Assembly (NCBI GenBank): GCA_021155085.1
Contig: JAJNQA010000112.1
Coordinates: forward strand, 8,378-72,377
Reading direction: 5' to 3'
Source of the DNA: Heliomicrobium sp.
GTDB taxonomy: Bacteria; Acidobacteriota; Blastocatellia; RBC074
DNA length: 64,000 bases
This document shows, in pieces, positions 30,611 to 42,803 of the stretch. Position 1 is the stretch's first letter. Each line of letters starts with the position of its first letter. The notes under the pieces were generated by a model. The model was not told the origin of the DNA, searched no databases, and worked only from the letters and a program-made list of their open reading frames with translations. Made by a program: the position numbers and the translations under genes.

Positions 30611-31588
30611 CTAACGACGAGGCGGCGGCGGAATCGGTTTCGCACTTGTCAGTTCAATGTACCTGACAAGCAAACTTTCTTTTTTCTCTCGCTCAACAGT
30701 CAGGTAGCGATGTCTGCCTTCCGCCGCATGGTTAAATTTTGTTCGGCCATCGTCGAGCACCTGAATCGAACCGGATGGAGATAGGTTGAAGCTCGGCTCT
30801 TCCGGCGTCACCGCGAACAAGGCAGCCGCCAGCGCGCCGGTCGGCGCATCGAAGGGCATCGTTTTGTAAGCTCTGTACGCATCCGCCACCGGATGCGCGG
30901 GCGACCACGAAAAATCCTTTTCAATACTCGATGCTGGAAAAACCACGCTTTCGCCGACCTCAGTTCCAACGGCGACAACGGGCACAGGCCATTCGGCAAA
31001 GACTTTTTTCATTGCCGCAATGTCCGTCTGAGTGGCGAAATCGGGACGGCGTTCCGGTGAATCTGAAAAGTTACCAGCGGCGATGACCAGGGATTTCGTT
31101 TTTTGGGCGATCAGTTGCTTCGCGCCGGACAGGTTCAGCAAGCGCGCGGCGTTGGTCGCCGGACCGGTGACAACGATGGTGGCGCTTTGGTCCGGCTGGC
31201 TGGCCAGCGCGTTGCGCATCAGCGGCAGCGGATCGGCGGTGTCCGTTAGTTGCTCAATGTTGTGACGGTAAACAGGCGCTCCCTCAGCCGTGAGTTTTGC
31301 CAGCGGAACGGAATTCATAAGCATTTCGCCCCGAAGCTTTGCGGAAGCGAGCAGACCAATCGGCAACGGGTCGCGAACTGTCGCCTGCCGGTAGAAGCGG
31401 CTGATGACGGCGCACATTCGCGCGGCGTTCAATTCCGCCGTGCTGACGCTCAAGGAAAGAATTCGGGCTTCGTTTTTGCCGTCGAAATGGTACAGCAACG
31501 CCAGCGCCAGCGCGTCGTCCGCGCGATGCCCAAAGGCCGAATCGAAAATGACCCCAAGCGGCGGTTTGCCTTTACTTGCATTTTGCAT
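30611..31588 (-). CDS. Nucleoside hydrolase (IU-NH)-like protein with a degenerate aspartate motif
   Basis: VIFDSAFGHRADDALALALL resembles the DxDxxxDD calcium-binding motif of IU-NH, with one Asp replaced. 325 aa. Confidence 0.4.
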   Translation of the reverse strand: MQNASKGKPPLGVIFDSAFGHRADDALALALLYHFDGKNEARILSLSVSTAELNAARMCAVISRFYRQATVRDPLPIGLLASAKLRGEMLMNSVPLAKLTAEGAPVYRHNIEQLTDTADPLPLMRNALASQPDQSATIVVTGPATNAARLLNLSGAKQLIAQKTKSLVIAAGNFSDSPERRPDFATQTDIAAMKKVFAEWPVPVVAVGTEVGESVVFPASSIEKDFSWSPAHPVADAYRAYKTMPFDAPTGALAAALFAVTPEEPSFNLSPSGSIQVLDDGRTKFNHAAEGRHRYLTVEREKKESLLVRYIELTSAKPIPPPPRR

Positions 31589-31737
31589 CTGAAACTTTAC
31601 TCCGGCTCAATGTGTTCGGATTAGGAGATACGCGATTAGGCTTTGTCAGTAGCCCGCCCGTCAGGAAGGTTTTTTTTCACTAAAATAAGCCCTTCCTGAC
31701 GGGCGGGCTACTGACACTAGCGTAAGTTTGGCCAGTT

Positions 31738-33852
31738 CTACAGCTTTGAAGGCAGCGCAAACGCCACAAAAATCCCGCCGCGCGGTTCGTCTTTTCTCGC
31801 CTTGCCGCCCGTGGCGTGAACAACGACGAACTGCCGCCCGCCGACTTGATAAGTCGCCGGCGTCGCGTTTCCGGCGAAGGGCAGCGTGGTTTCCCAAAGC
31901 AGTTTGCCGGTGAATTTGTCATAGGCGCGGAACTTCCGGTCGAAATTTGTCGCGGCGATGAAAACCAGTCCGCCTGCCGTGACAACCGGGCCACCGTAAT
32001 TTTCTGAGCCGGTATCTTTCATTCCCTTGGCCGCCAGTTCCGGGTATTCGCCCAAGGGAATTTTCCAGGCATATTCGCCCGTGTTCAGGTTGATCGCGTT
32101 CAGCGTTCCCCAGGGAGGCGCAATGGCCGGATAACCTTCGGGATCGAAAAACCTGTGATAGCCGGTGAATCGGTATTTTGCCTGCTTCGTTCCCGCGTCC
32201 TCACCGGCCATTTCCTTGTTTTCGCCGCTCAGCAGATATTGGACGATGGCGGCAACTTCCGGCTGCTGCAAATTCGGGAAGGCGGGCATGCGGCCTGCAC
32301 CCTGCCGAATGATATTTGTTACGGCGGCGGCGTTATGTTTGGCGTTGACCTTGTCCAGCGGCGGAGTTCCCTTCAAATCATCGCCGTGGCAAACAGCGCA
32401 ATTGCGCAAATACAATTCCCTGCCGGAATTCTGCGCCTGATTTTCGGCCAGGCTGGCGCGCCAGGCCATTTCGTTCGCGTTCACGTACAGCAAGCCTGTT
32501 TCCGGGTCGAAGGCCGAACCGCCCCACTCCGCGCCGCCATCAAAGCCTGGGAAAATGATCGTTTCCTGTCCCACCCTGAAAGGTAAAAACTGTCCGCCCA
32601 CATTGAACTTGCGAAACTCTTCCAGCGCCCATTTGTTCATTTCGGGCGTGCGATTGGTCAGCAGATTTTCGGTCAGTTCCTGCCGCGAAAACGGCGCGGG
32701 TTTGGTGGGCAGCGGCTGGGTTTCGGCAGTGATTTCGCCGGGCAGCGTGCTGGCCGGGTACTTTTGATATTCAATCGGAAAGAGCGGTTTGCCGTTGGCG
32801 CGGTCGAACAGGTAAACGTGGCCTGATTTCGTTGTCTGCGCGACGGCGTCAATTCGTTTGCCCTTGTGCCTGACCGTCACCAGCGTCGGGGGCGAAGGAA
32901 AATCGCGATCCCAGATGTCGTGTTTGACGGCTTGAAAATGCCAGATGCGTTTGCCGGTAGCGGCGTCGAGCGCCAGCAGGGTATCGGAAAACAGGTTGTC
33001 TCCCGTGCGATCCGCGCCGTAAAAATCGCTGGCGGCGGAACCGGTCGGCACGTACACAAGGCCGCGTTTTTCATCCACCGCCATCCCCGCCCAATTGTTG
33101 GCGGAGCCTGTGTATTTCCAGGCGTCCTTCGGCCAGGTGTCGTAGCCGAATTCGCCCGGACGCGGGATGGTGTGAAACGACCAGCGCAGATTTCCGGTGC
33201 GAACGTCATACGCGCGAACATCACCCGGCGGCGAAGGCAGGGATTCGGATTGGCGTCCGCCGACGATCAGCAGATCTTTGTAAATGACGCCCGGCGTGGT
33301 CATGGCAATGGAAATTTTCTGCGGGTCGCGTCCCAGACCTTCGCGCAAATCAATCCGCCCTTGCTTGCCGAAGCTGGGAATCGCCTCGCCGGTGATGGCG
33401 TCGAGCGCATAAATGTAATGTTGCGCCCCCGCAAAAATGCGCTGCTCGCGGCCATCCGTCCAATGCGTCACGCCGCGATTCGGCCCGCGCGCCGGCAGCC
33501 CGGGATCAAATTTCCATAACAGTTTTCCCGTCGCCGCATCCAGCGCGATGACCTTGTGTCTGGCGGTAATGCCGTACAGCACGCCATTCATCACGACGGG
33601 CTGATTCTGCGAATCGCCGGCGCCGTCCTCCGCGTCGAATTTCCAGGCCACCTGCAACTGCCGCACATTGGAGCGGTTGATTTGCCTGAGTCTGGAATAG
33701 CGCAATCCTTCCGGTCCGCCGCCATAAGCGAACGAGTCCGTTTTCAGGCTTGCCGCTCGCTGCGCGGCCGCATCTCGTGAATGGAATAAAACGTGGATAG
33801 TGAGCAGGAAAACCAGGCAGGAAAGCGGGGCGAATTTCAGGGCTTTTGTCAT
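31738..33852 (-). CDS. PQQ-dependent dehydrogenase (quinoprotein beta-propeller) with an embedded cytochrome c domain, i.e. a quinohaemoprotein
   Basis: Signal peptide. Repeated PQQ propeller W-motifs. CAVCHGDD (CxxCH haem site) near aa 483. Confidence 0.75.
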   Translation of the reverse strand: MTKALKFAPLSCLVFLLTIHVLFHSRDAAAQRAASLKTDSFAYGGGPEGLRYSRLRQINRSNVRQLQVAWKFDAEDGAGDSQNQPVVMNGVLYGITARHKVIALDAATGKLLWKFDPGLPARGPNRGVTHWTDGREQRIFAGAQHYIYALDAITGEAIPSFGKQGRIDLREGLGRDPQKISIAMTTPGVIYKDLLIVGGRQSESLPSPPGDVRAYDVRTGNLRWSFHTIPRPGEFGYDTWPKDAWKYTGSANNWAGMAVDEKRGLVYVPTGSAASDFYGADRTGDNLFSDTLLALDAATGKRIWHFQAVKHDIWDRDFPSPPTLVTVRHKGKRIDAVAQTTKSGHVYLFDRANGKPLFPIEYQKYPASTLPGEITAETQPLPTKPAPFSRQELTENLLTNRTPEMNKWALEEFRKFNVGGQFLPFRVGQETIIFPGFDGGAEWGGSAFDPETGLLYVNANEMAWRASLAENQAQNSGRELYLRNCAVCHGDDLKGTPPLDKVNAKHNAAAVTNIIRQGAGRMPAFPNLQQPEVAAIVQYLLSGENKEMAGEDAGTKQAKYRFTGYHRFFDPEGYPAIAPPWGTLNAINLNTGEYAWKIPLGEYPELAAKGMKDTGSENYGGPVVTAGGLVFIAATNFDRKFRAYDKFTGKLLWETTLPFAGNATPATYQVGGRQFVVVHATGGKARKDEPRGGIFVAFALPSKL

Positions 33853-34226
33853 GGTCGAATCTTCACTCCATTATTTGTGCTGCGACGAAAAAAACTCGCG
33901 CCACAGACCAAACCGCACTTGGAAACCCAAGGCAGCACTAAGTAACTGGTGGGAAGTTCGGGGCACTTTTTGTGGAACAAGATGCCATCTTGTCCCACAT
34001 TCGCGGCGCGAATTTTCCGCACCTTACTTAAAACGACAATTTGAGCGCGAATTGAATCTGGCGAGGTGTGTGGATTCCCGCCGTCGCGGTGATCTTACCG
34101 TAGTTCGCGTTTCCGAATGAAGTGTTCGGATGCACGAAAACCGTCTGATTCGGCAAATTGAAGGCTTCGATTGAATGCTTGAACCGGCCTGAGGCGCGGA
34201 CTATGATCCGCGCCGAAGAGGCTTTG

Positions 34227-37200
34227 ATGATCCCCAACAATTACGAACTCATCCAATACCTTCCGCTCAACGATTGGCAATGGTTTGCCCGTGGGCGGCG
34301 CATTTCCAGCGGCCAATCAGTGCTGCTCAAATCGCCACGCAGGGAAAGTCAGGGAGAAGGCGAACTGCTCGAACGCGAATTCGAATTGCTGCGCCAGCTT
34401 TCCGTGACGGGCATTCCCCGCCCGCTGGAGTTACTCGACACGGACAACGGCCTGTGCCTGGTGCTGGCTGACGGCGGCGTGCCGCTGCCGTCAGCCTTTC
34501 CGGCTGGCCGCCTGGAGTTGAAGACCTTTTTCAAACTCAGTCTTCAATTGGCGAACATTCTGGCCGAACTGCACCAGCGGGACATTATTCACCGAAACCT
34601 GAACCCGCGCGGCATTTTGCTGAATCCCGCAACCGGCGAAGTCTGTCTGGCGGATTTGAGCCTGGCGGTGCGCGCGGCGGATGAAATCCAGGAAGCGCTG
34701 CCAGCCCATCTGCTGCGCGGGATGCTCGCGTACGCTTCGCCGGAATTGACCGGAAGAATGAATCGCGCGGCGGATTACCGCACGGACTTTTATTCTCTGG
34801 GAATCACATTTTATGAATTGCTGACAGGCCGGTTGCCGTTTGATTTCACGGACCCGCTGGAATTGATTCACGCGCACATTGCCAAAACGCCGGAACCGCC
34901 CGCCAAAATTGATTCGCGGATTCCCGAACCGCTTTCCGAGATCATCATGAAGCTGCTGGCGAAAACCGCGGAGGATCGGTATCAAAGCGCACTCGGGTTG
35001 CGCGCCGACCTGGAAACCTGCGCCCGTGAATGGACCACGCGCGGACAAATCGAAGCATTCAAACTGGGCCGGCGCGATGTCCCGGATCGCTTCCTGATTC
35101 CACGGAAACTGTATGGCCGGGAGCGGGAAGTAGCGGAATTGCTCTCTGCGTTCGAGCAAACCTGCGAAGGCCGGACGTCAATGATGCTGGTGGCGGGTTA
35201 TTCCGGCATCGGCAAGACCTCGCTGATTCAGGAACTCTATAAACCCATTGTCCGCCAGCGCGGATATTTCCTTTCCGGCAAATTCGATCAGGTGGCGCGC
35301 AGCGTTCCCTTCGGCGCATTGATTCAGGCTTTTCGCGGTCTGGTGCGGCAACTGCTCGGCGAAAGCGAAGAGCAGCTCGCCCGCTGGCGCGCCCGATTGT
35401 CCGAAGCGCTGGGCTCAAACGGAGGCGCGCTGGCCGAGGTGATTCCGGAAATCGAACTGATCGTCGGCAAACAACCTTCGCCGCCCCGCGTCGGGCCGGC
35501 CGAAGCCTTGAATCGCTTTCAACTCATCTTTCAAAAATTTGTCTCCGCGATTGCCCAGCCCGGACGGCCGTTGGTGATCTTTCTAGATGACCTGCAGTGG
35601 GCGGACGCCGCAACCCTGAGCCTGCTTCAGCCTTTACTGTCCGGCGCTGACATTCAATCGCTTTTCCTGATGGGTGCATACCGCGACAACGAAGTGGATG
35701 CCGCTCATCCGCTAACGCGAACGCTGACTGCGCTGAAATTAGCGGGCGTTGAAGTACGCAGCATTTCTCCGGGGCCGTTACAGCTTCCCGAGCTGACGAA
35801 CTTCGTCACCGACACGTTGCGCTGTAAATTTGCGGAAGCTGCGCCACTGGCCCGGCTGGTTTGGGAAAAGACCGCCGGCAATCCGTTCTTCGTCATCCAG
35901 TTTCTGAAAACGCTCAAACAAGGAGATCTGCTGAAGTTCGATTATGAGCTTGGCCGCTGGACCTACCGCCTGGAAGACATCGTGAACGCGGGCGTCACCG
36001 ACAATGTCATCGCGCTGATGACGCAGAAGATTCAGCGGCTTTCCACCGAGGCGCAGCGCGCGTTGACGCTGGCCTCCTGCATTGGGAATTCCTTTGACCT
36101 GCCGACGCTGGTCATCGTCAGCGAACAATCGCCGGAAGACGCAGCGGAAGCGTTGAAAGAAGCAGTCGAGGAAGGATTGATCCTGCCGGTGGTAGAAGAA
36201 GACGGAGGGATGGGGCGACGGGGGGACGGGGGGACGGGGGGATCAGTGGAGATAGTAAAAGATGGAACAAATGATTTGTCTTTTTCGCCCCGTCGCCCCG
36301 TCCCCCCGTCCCCCCGTCCCAGTGCCTTCCCATCCCAATCCTACGCGTTCCTGCACGACCGCGTGCAGCAAGCCGCTTACGCACTGATTCCCGAAGAATG
36401 GAAGCAGCTTGTTCATTTGGCCGTCGGGCGATTGCTGCGCGACGGTTCCCCGCCGGAAGAACTCGAAGAAAAACTGTTCGACATCGTTCATCACCTGAAT
36501 CTGGGCAGCGGTTTGATTGTCGAAGCGTCTGAACGGCTGGCGCTCGCCCGCCTGAACCTGAACGCGGGACGGAAAGCGAAATCGTCAACGGCTTATGAAT
36601 CGGCGCGGGAGTATTTTCAGGCGGGCGCGGCGCTGCTCGGCGAAGAGCATTGGGCAACCGAGTACGAACTGGTTTTCGCGCTGCAACTGGAACTGGCCGA
36701 ATCCTTGCGCCTGTGCGCAGAGTTCATTGAAGCGGAAGCCGCGTGCGAACCTCTGCTGCGGCGCGCGCGGACCAAACTGGATCAAGCCCATGTTCACAAC
36801 CTGCACATTCTTCAATACGAAAATCAGTCGCGATATGCGGACGCGATGGTCAGCGCGCGCCGCTGCCTGCCGCTTTTCGGCGTCGCGTTTCCTGATTCCG
36901 CTGATGAACAAGAGTCCGCGCTGGAACGCGAGATTGCGACGATTCAGTTTTTGCTGGATGACCGCCCGATTGCCGCGCTGATCGAACTGCCGCTGATGAC
37001 CGATCCGGAAATCAAGATGGTTATGAACCTGCTGACGACGATCTGGTCATCGGCGTATATCTCCGGCCAGCAGGCGCTGACCCGGCTGATTTCCGCCACC
37101 ATGGTGCGCCTGTCGCTGATTCACGGGAATGTGGAAGAGTCCGCCTACGGTTATGTCACGCACGCGATTACCGTCGGCCCGGAGCGCGCGGATTACAAAT

Positions 37201-40200
37201 CAGCTTATGAATTCGGTTTGCTGGCGCTGCGGCTGAACGAACGGTTCAACGATTCGCGGCTGCGCGCCAAAATTTACCAGCAGTTTCAGGCGCACGTCAT
37301 GCCGTGGCGGCAACCGCTCGAAACCTGTCTGACTTATGCGCGAAAGGCGAGCCGCAGCGGATTTGAGAGCGGCGATTTTGCTTATGGGATTTATGGCGCG
37401 TTCACCGAAACCTGGACGGCCCTGGTCATTGCGCAAGACCTGGGCAAGTTCGTGCTCGAATATTCGCCCAATGTGGCGCTGTTCAAAAAGCTGAAAGCCG
37501 AGGCCATCGCCGATGGTCAGCAAATCCTGCTGAACTGGGCGCGCGCCCTGCGTGGCGAAACCAATGCGCCGCTGTCGCTATCGGACAAAAACTTCGATGA
37601 AGCGGAATACGTCCGGCGTTATCGCGGCAATCCGTTTTACACGATGTTTTTCGCGGCGGCGAAACTGCACCTCAGTTACCTGCTGGGGGAATACAAGCAG
37701 GCGCTGGAAGCTGCCCGGCAGGCGCGCGAAATCGTCCATCACCTGTCCGGAACCATCTGGACGGTTTTCTTCGATTTCTGGAATGGCCTGACCCTGGCCG
37801 CAAATTACGCGGAAGCTTCGGGAGAAGAACAAACGAAGCACCTTCTGGAATTGAAACGCGCGCGAAATTCACTGGCACTGCTGGCGGAAAACTGCCCGGA
37901 AAATTTCCGCTGCCAGTCACTGCTGCTTTCGGCGGAATGCGAGCGCATCGCCGGTCAGGAAAATCAGGCAGCCAACTTGTACGAGCGCGCCATCCGCCAG
38001 ACTGAAGAAACAAACGCCATCCAGTATCGTGCCCTGGCCAACGAGCTTTACGCGCGGTTTCAAACAGTGGCCGGGCAGGAAACCGCCTTGGCTCCGCTGC
38101 TGGCTGAAGCCCAGGCTTGTTACGGACGATGGGGCGCGGCAGCCAAAGTGGACCAGTTGAATCAACAATCTCCCGGGTGGGACAGGCTTCAGTCTGTCTT
38201 CAGCCGCGAAGGAAGCGTACGAACTGAAATCCGTTCCACAGCGGACGCAGGCGCGCTTGATCTCTTCAGCGTTGTAAAAGCCTCTCAGGCCATCGCCAGC
38301 GAAATGGAATTGGAGCGATTGCTGGCCCAACTGATGCGCATTGCCATTGAAAACGCCGGCGCGGAGCGTGGCTGTTTGCTGCTGGAACGCGGCGGCGACT
38401 GGTTCGTTCAGGCGGAAGGCTCCGTGAACGATGCGGAGGTGACGTTGCACGATGCATTGCCGCTCGGCGAATCCGCGAACCTGTCTTTAAGCATCGTCAA
38501 CTATGTCCGCCGAACTTCGGAGGGCGTCGTTCTGACGGAAGCGGCAAGCGACGACGGTTACGGCAACGATCCCTACATCGCGCGCTGTCAGCCGCGTTCG
38601 GTGATGTGCGCGCCCGTGCTGCGTCAGGGCCGCTTGATCGGCGCGCTGTATCTGGAAAACAACATCGCCGGCGGCGCCTTCACCGAAGCCCGCATTCAGA
38701 TCATTCAACTCCTGGCCGCGCAGGCTGCGATTTCTCTGGAAAACGCCCGGCTGTATCGCGAAATGCAACTGGCGGAATCCACGCTGCGCTCGGTGATGGA
38801 AGGCACTGCGGCAATGACCGGCGAGGATTTTTTCCGTTCAATGGTGCGGCATCTGGCCGCCGCCATTCCAGTCAAAATCGCCTTCGTCACGGAATGCGCC
38901 AACGTCCAGAAGACCCGCGCGCGAATGCTGGCTTTCTGCGACGGCAAGGGCCTGGCCGAAAATTTCGAGTACGACGTCAAGCACACCACCTGCGAAAAAG
39001 TCTACGAAGGCCACACCTGCACCTACGCCAGCGACATCCAGAAACTGTTTCCCGAAGAACCGGCGCTGCTGGAATTGGACGGGCAGAGTTACATCGGCCT
39101 GCCGCTGCACAGTAAAGCCGGGGAACTGATCGGCCATCTGGCGGTGATTGACGACAAGCCGATGGATCAGGGGCGCAGCAGTTCTATTCTGGACGTTTTG
39201 AAAATTTTCGCCGCCCGCGCCAGCGTCGAACTGGAACGCACGAAGGCCGAAGCCGAATTGCGTCTGGCCATGCAAGAAATCGAAAGGCTGAAGAACCGGT
39301 TGCATGCAGAAAACCTTTACCTGCAGGAAGAAATTCGCCGCGAACACAATTTCGAGGAAATCGTCGGCGGCAGTCCCGCCCTGCTGGAAGTGCTGCAACA
39401 GGTCGAGCGCATGGCGCCCACCGATGCCACGGTGTTGATTCTGGGCGAAACCGGAACCGGCAAGGAATTGATCGCCCGCGCCATTCACGACCGCAGCCCG
39501 CGCCATTCGCGCCCGCTGGTCAAGGTGAATTGCGGCGCGATTTCCGCCGGACTGGTCGAAAGCGAACTCTTCGGCCACGTCAAAGGCGCATTCACCGGCG
39601 CGCTCGATAAACGCACCGGAAGGTTTGAACTGGCCGATGGCGGCACATTGTTTCTGGATGAAGTCGGCGAACTGCCGCTGGAAACGCAGGTCAAACTGCT
39701 GCGCGCCCTGCAGGAAGGCGAATTCGAGCCAGTCGGCAGCAGCAAAACCATCAAAGTCAATGTCCGAATCATTGCCGCCACCAACCGCAATCTGGAAGAC
39801 GAGGTCAAAGCCGGACGCTTTCGCGCCGATTTGTTTTACCGCCTGAATGTGCTGCCGCTGCACAATCCGCCGCTGCGGGAGCGCCGCGCGGATATTCCGC
39901 AACTGGCAATGTTCTTTCTGTCGCGTTTTGCACGGCGGTTCGGCAGATCAATCAACGGCATTTCGCAGGAAACCATGGAACGGCTGATGAATTACAACTG
40001 GCCGGGCAACATCCGCGAACTGCAAAACCTGATTGAACGCGGCGTGGTGCTCAGCAACGGTTCGGCGCTGACGATTGACCGCAACCTGCTGCCCGCCGCG
40101 CAGACAACCGAAATCCAGCCTAAATCCGCAATCCAAAATGAAGTTCCGCCGGCAGTTCCCATTTCGCTGGATGACTTGCAACGCCAACATATTCTCAATG

Positions 40201-40322
40201 CCCTGGCGCAAGCCAACTGGGTGATCGAAGGTGAAAACGGTGCCGCCAAGCTGCTCAATTTGCATCCGAACACGCTGCGCAGCCGATTGAAAAAAATGGG
40301 AATTCAGCGTCCCAAACTTTAA
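34227..40322 (+). CDS. Giant (~2030-aa) signalling protein: Ser/Thr protein kinase - AAA_16/STAND ATPase - helical (TPR-like) region - 2x GAF - sigma-54 interaction AAA+ domain - Fis-type HTH
   Basis: Kinase motifs ([20 protein letters not shown]). Walker [16 protein letters not shown] domains around aa 1370-1700. bEBP motifs [14 protein letters not shown] and ESELFGH. C-terminal [15 protein letters not shown]. Start is at 34203 or 34227 (AAGAGG ribosome-binding site before 34227); the ORF track start is 34158. Confidence 0.85.
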   Translation: MIPNNYELIQYLPLNDWQWFARGRRISSGQSVLLKSPRRESQGEGELLEREFELLRQLSVTGIPRPLELLDTDNGLCLVLADGGVPLPSAFPAGRLELKTFFKLSLQLANILAELHQRDIIHRNLNPRGILLNPATGEVCLADLSLAVRAADEIQEALPAHLLRGMLAYASPELTGRMNRAADYRTDFYSLGITFYELLTGRLPFDFTDPLELIHAHIAKTPEPPAKIDSRIPEPLSEIIMKLLAKTAEDRYQSALGLRADLETCAREWTTRGQIEAFKLGRRDVPDRFLIPRKLYGREREVAELLSAFEQTCEGRTSMMLVAGYSGIGKTSLIQELYKPIVRQRGYFLSGKFDQVARSVPFGALIQAFRGLVRQLLGESEEQLARWRARLSEALGSNGGALAEVIPEIELIVGKQPSPPRVGPAEALNRFQLIFQKFVSAIAQPGRPLVIFLDDLQWADAATLSLLQPLLSGADIQSLFLMGAYRDNEVDAAHPLTRTLTALKLAGVEVRSISPGPLQLPELTNFVTDTLRCKFAEAAPLARLVWEKTAGNPFFVIQFLKTLKQGDLLKFDYELGRWTYRLEDIVNAGVTDNVIALMTQKIQRLSTEAQRALTLASCIGNSFDLPTLVIVSEQSPEDAAEALKEAVEEGLILPVVEEDGGMGRRGDGGTGGSVEIVKDGTNDLSFSPRRPVPPSPRPSAFPSQSYAFLHDRVQQAAYALIPEEWKQLVHLAVGRLLRDGSPPEELEEKLFDIVHHLNLGSGLIVEASERLALARLNLNAGRKAKSSTAYESAREYFQAGAALLGEEHWATEYELVFALQLELAESLRLCAEFIEAEAACEPLLRRARTKLDQAHVHNLHILQYENQSRYADAMVSARRCLPLFGVAFPDSADEQESALEREIATIQFLLDDRPIAALIELPLMTDPEIKMVMNLLTTIWSSAYISGQQALTRLISATMVRLSLIHGNVEESAYGYVTHAITVGPERADYKSAYEFGLLALRLNERFNDSRLRAKIYQQFQAHVMPWRQPLETCLTYARKASRSGFESGDFAYGIYGAFTETWTALVIAQDLGKFVLEYSPNVALFKKLKAEAIADGQQILLNWARALRGETNAPLSLSDKNFDEAEYVRRYRGNPFYTMFFAAAKLHLSYLLGEYKQALEAARQAREIVHHLSGTIWTVFFDFWNGLTLAANYAEASGEEQTKHLLELKRARNSLALLAENCPENFRCQSLLLSAECERIAGQENQAANLYERAIRQTEETNAIQYRALANELYARFQTVAGQETALAPLLAEAQACYGRWGAAAKVDQLNQQSPGWDRLQSVFSREGSVRTEIRSTADAGALDLFSVVKASQAIASEMELERLLAQLMRIAIENAGAERGCLLLERGGDWFVQAEGSVNDAEVTLHDALPLGESANLSLSIVNYVRRTSEGVVLTEAASDDGYGNDPYIARCQPRSVMCAPVLRQGRLIGALYLENNIAGGAFTEARIQIIQLLAAQAAISLENARLYREMQLAESTLRSVMEGTAAMTGEDFFRSMVRHLAAAIPVKIAFVTECANVQKTRARMLAFCDGKGLAENFEYDVKHTTCEKVYEGHTCTYASDIQKLFPEEPALLELDGQSYIGLPLHSKAGELIGHLAVIDDKPMDQGRSSSILDVLKIFAARASVELERTKAEAELRLAMQEIERLKNRLHAENLYLQEEIRREHNFEEIVGGSPALLEVLQQVERMAPTDATVLILGETGTGKELIARAIHDRSPRHSRPLVKVNCGAISAGLVESELFGHVKGAFTGALDKRTGRFELADGGTLFLDEVGELPLETQVKLLRALQEGEFEPVGSSKTIKVNVRIIAATNRNLEDEVKAGRFRADLFYRLNVLPLHNPPLRERRADIPQLAMFFLSRFARRFGRSINGISQETMERLMNYNWPGNIRELQNLIERGVVLSNGSALTIDRNLLPAAQTTEIQPKSAIQNEVPPAVPISLDDLQRQHILNALAQANWVIEGENGAAKLLNLHPNTLRSRLKKMGIQRPKL
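36212..36320. repeat. In-frame 109-bp palindromic insert inside the giant gene. A G4-motif arm and a mirrored C-rich arm flank a 46-bp AT-rich spacer.
   Basis: 36212-36241 GGGGCGACGGGGGGACGGGGGGACGGGGGGG (four or more G-runs). 36288-36320 CCCCGTCGCCCCGTCCCCCCGTCCCCCCGTCCC. The spacer GC is about 30 %. Translation is [12 protein letters not shown]...[12 protein letters not shown], a low-complexity linker. Confidence 0.7.
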
Positions 40323-40356
40323 GTCTGAATCGCGGGTATTCTGCCCCCACTAGATG

Positions 40357-40417
40357 CCCACGAAATTTCGCGGGAGCGAGTTCCATAGCCACGAACCAAC
40401 CCACGAAATTTCGCGGG
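40357..40417. promoter_or_regulatory. Two copies of a near-palindromic 18-bp element (CCCACGAAATTTCGCGGG) spaced 43 bp apart. Candidate enhancer (UAS) for a bacterial enhancer-binding protein.
   Basis: Repeat 1 at 40357-40374 and repeat 2 at 40400-40417. Each is one mismatch from a perfect palindrome. They lie about 90-140 bp upstream of a sigma-54 promoter. Confidence 0.5.
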
Positions 40418-40499
40418 CACAGCATCTCCGCCAGCAATCTGCAATAACAATCTCTTCATTTTCAGCAAGTTGAAGAATATCAACCCACGCATTCCGTCG

Positions 40500-40515
40500 T
40501 GGCATCGCTATTGCA
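40500..40515 (+). promoter_or_regulatory. Sigma-54 (RpoN) -24/-12 promoter
   Basis: TGGCAT-CGCTA-TTGCA matches TGGCAC-N5-TTGCW, with the GG and GC dinucleotides correctly spaced. It is 36 bp upstream of the STAS gene's ATG, which has an AGGAGAAGGAG ribosome-binding site. Confidence 0.55.
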
Positions 40516-40550
40516 AATTCGCCAGTGTAAGCAGGAGAAGGAGAGAATCA

Positions 40551-40820
40551 ATGCTTCGAATTGCGGAAGAAAAAGGGACTGATGGTTCAACGATCTTGCA
40601 ACTGGATGGACGCATTGCCGGTCCCTGGGTGGAGGTGTTGCGCGCAAGCTGCGAACGAATTTCCCAGGAAAACAGCCGAGTGGTTCTTGATTTACTCGGC
40701 GTCAGTTTCGCGGATCACGTCGGCGTAAGATTTCTTCAGCAACTCGATCAACAGCAAATCGCGCTCATCAATTGCTCGCCGTTTTTACAGGAGCAAATGA
40801 AATTGTCTATGACCGAGTAA
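40551..40820 (+). CDS. STAS-domain anti-sigma-factor antagonist (SpoIIAA-like)
   Basis: MLRIAEEKGTDGSTILQLDGRIAG...VVLDLLGVSFADHVGVRFLQQL. 89 aa. Confidence 0.7.
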   Translation: MLRIAEEKGTDGSTILQLDGRIAGPWVEVLRASCERISQENSRVVLDLLGVSFADHVGVRFLQQLDQQQIALINCSPFLQEQMKLSMTE

Positions 40821-40894
40821 AAGCACGGTCCCCATAAACCCAAGTCAAACCAATTTTATTTCCGGCCTGGATTCGGGCCGAGGAGGGTAGAACT

Positions 40895-41434
40895 GTGTCC
40901 GTCCCACAAACGCTCGACGAATTTGAAAGCATCGCCATGCAGCATATGAATGACCTGTACCGGTCGGCGCGGCGCACACTGGGCAGTCAGACCGAAGCCG
41001 AAGACGTGGTGCAGGAAACGTACCTGCAAGCCTGGAAATCATTTCATCGTTTCGAGCCGGGCACCAACATCCGGGCGTGGCTGTTCAAGATCATGTTTCA
41101 TGTCATCAACCATCATCGCCGCAAAACGTACCGGCTGGTGACACTGAAGGAGGAAGAAGAGTTTATGTTCGAGCAGATGACCTATGAACCGCCGGTTTCG
41201 CCGGAGTTGCGCGACGAAGACATTCTGGCTGCGCTGGATCGCGTGCCGCAGAATTTTCGCGCGGTGATTTTGCTGGCGGACGTGCAGGAGTTTTCTTACA
41301 GGGAAGTGGCCGAAGCGCTTGGCATTCCGATTGGAACGGTGATGTCCCGGCTGAATCGCGGGCGGCAAATGCTCCGCGCACATCTGGCCGGTTTCGCCCC
41401 CGGGACAAAAATTCAGGCCGCGTTTGCGGCCTGA
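40895..41434 (+). CDS. ECF-subfamily RNA polymerase sigma-70 factor
   Basis: Region 2 VVQETYLQAWKSFHRFEPGTNIRAWLFKI. Region 4 FSYREVAEALGIPIGTVMSRLNRGRQMLR. Confidence 0.85.
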   Translation: MSVPQTLDEFESIAMQHMNDLYRSARRTLGSQTEAEDVVQETYLQAWKSFHRFEPGTNIRAWLFKIMFHVINHHRRKTYRLVTLKEEEEFMFEQMTYEPPVSPELRDEDILAALDRVPQNFRAVILLADVQEFSYREVAEALGIPIGTVMSRLNRGRQMLRAHLAGFAPGTKIQAAFAA

Positions 41435-41438
41435 AAAC

Positions 41439-42803
<1,365 letters not shown>

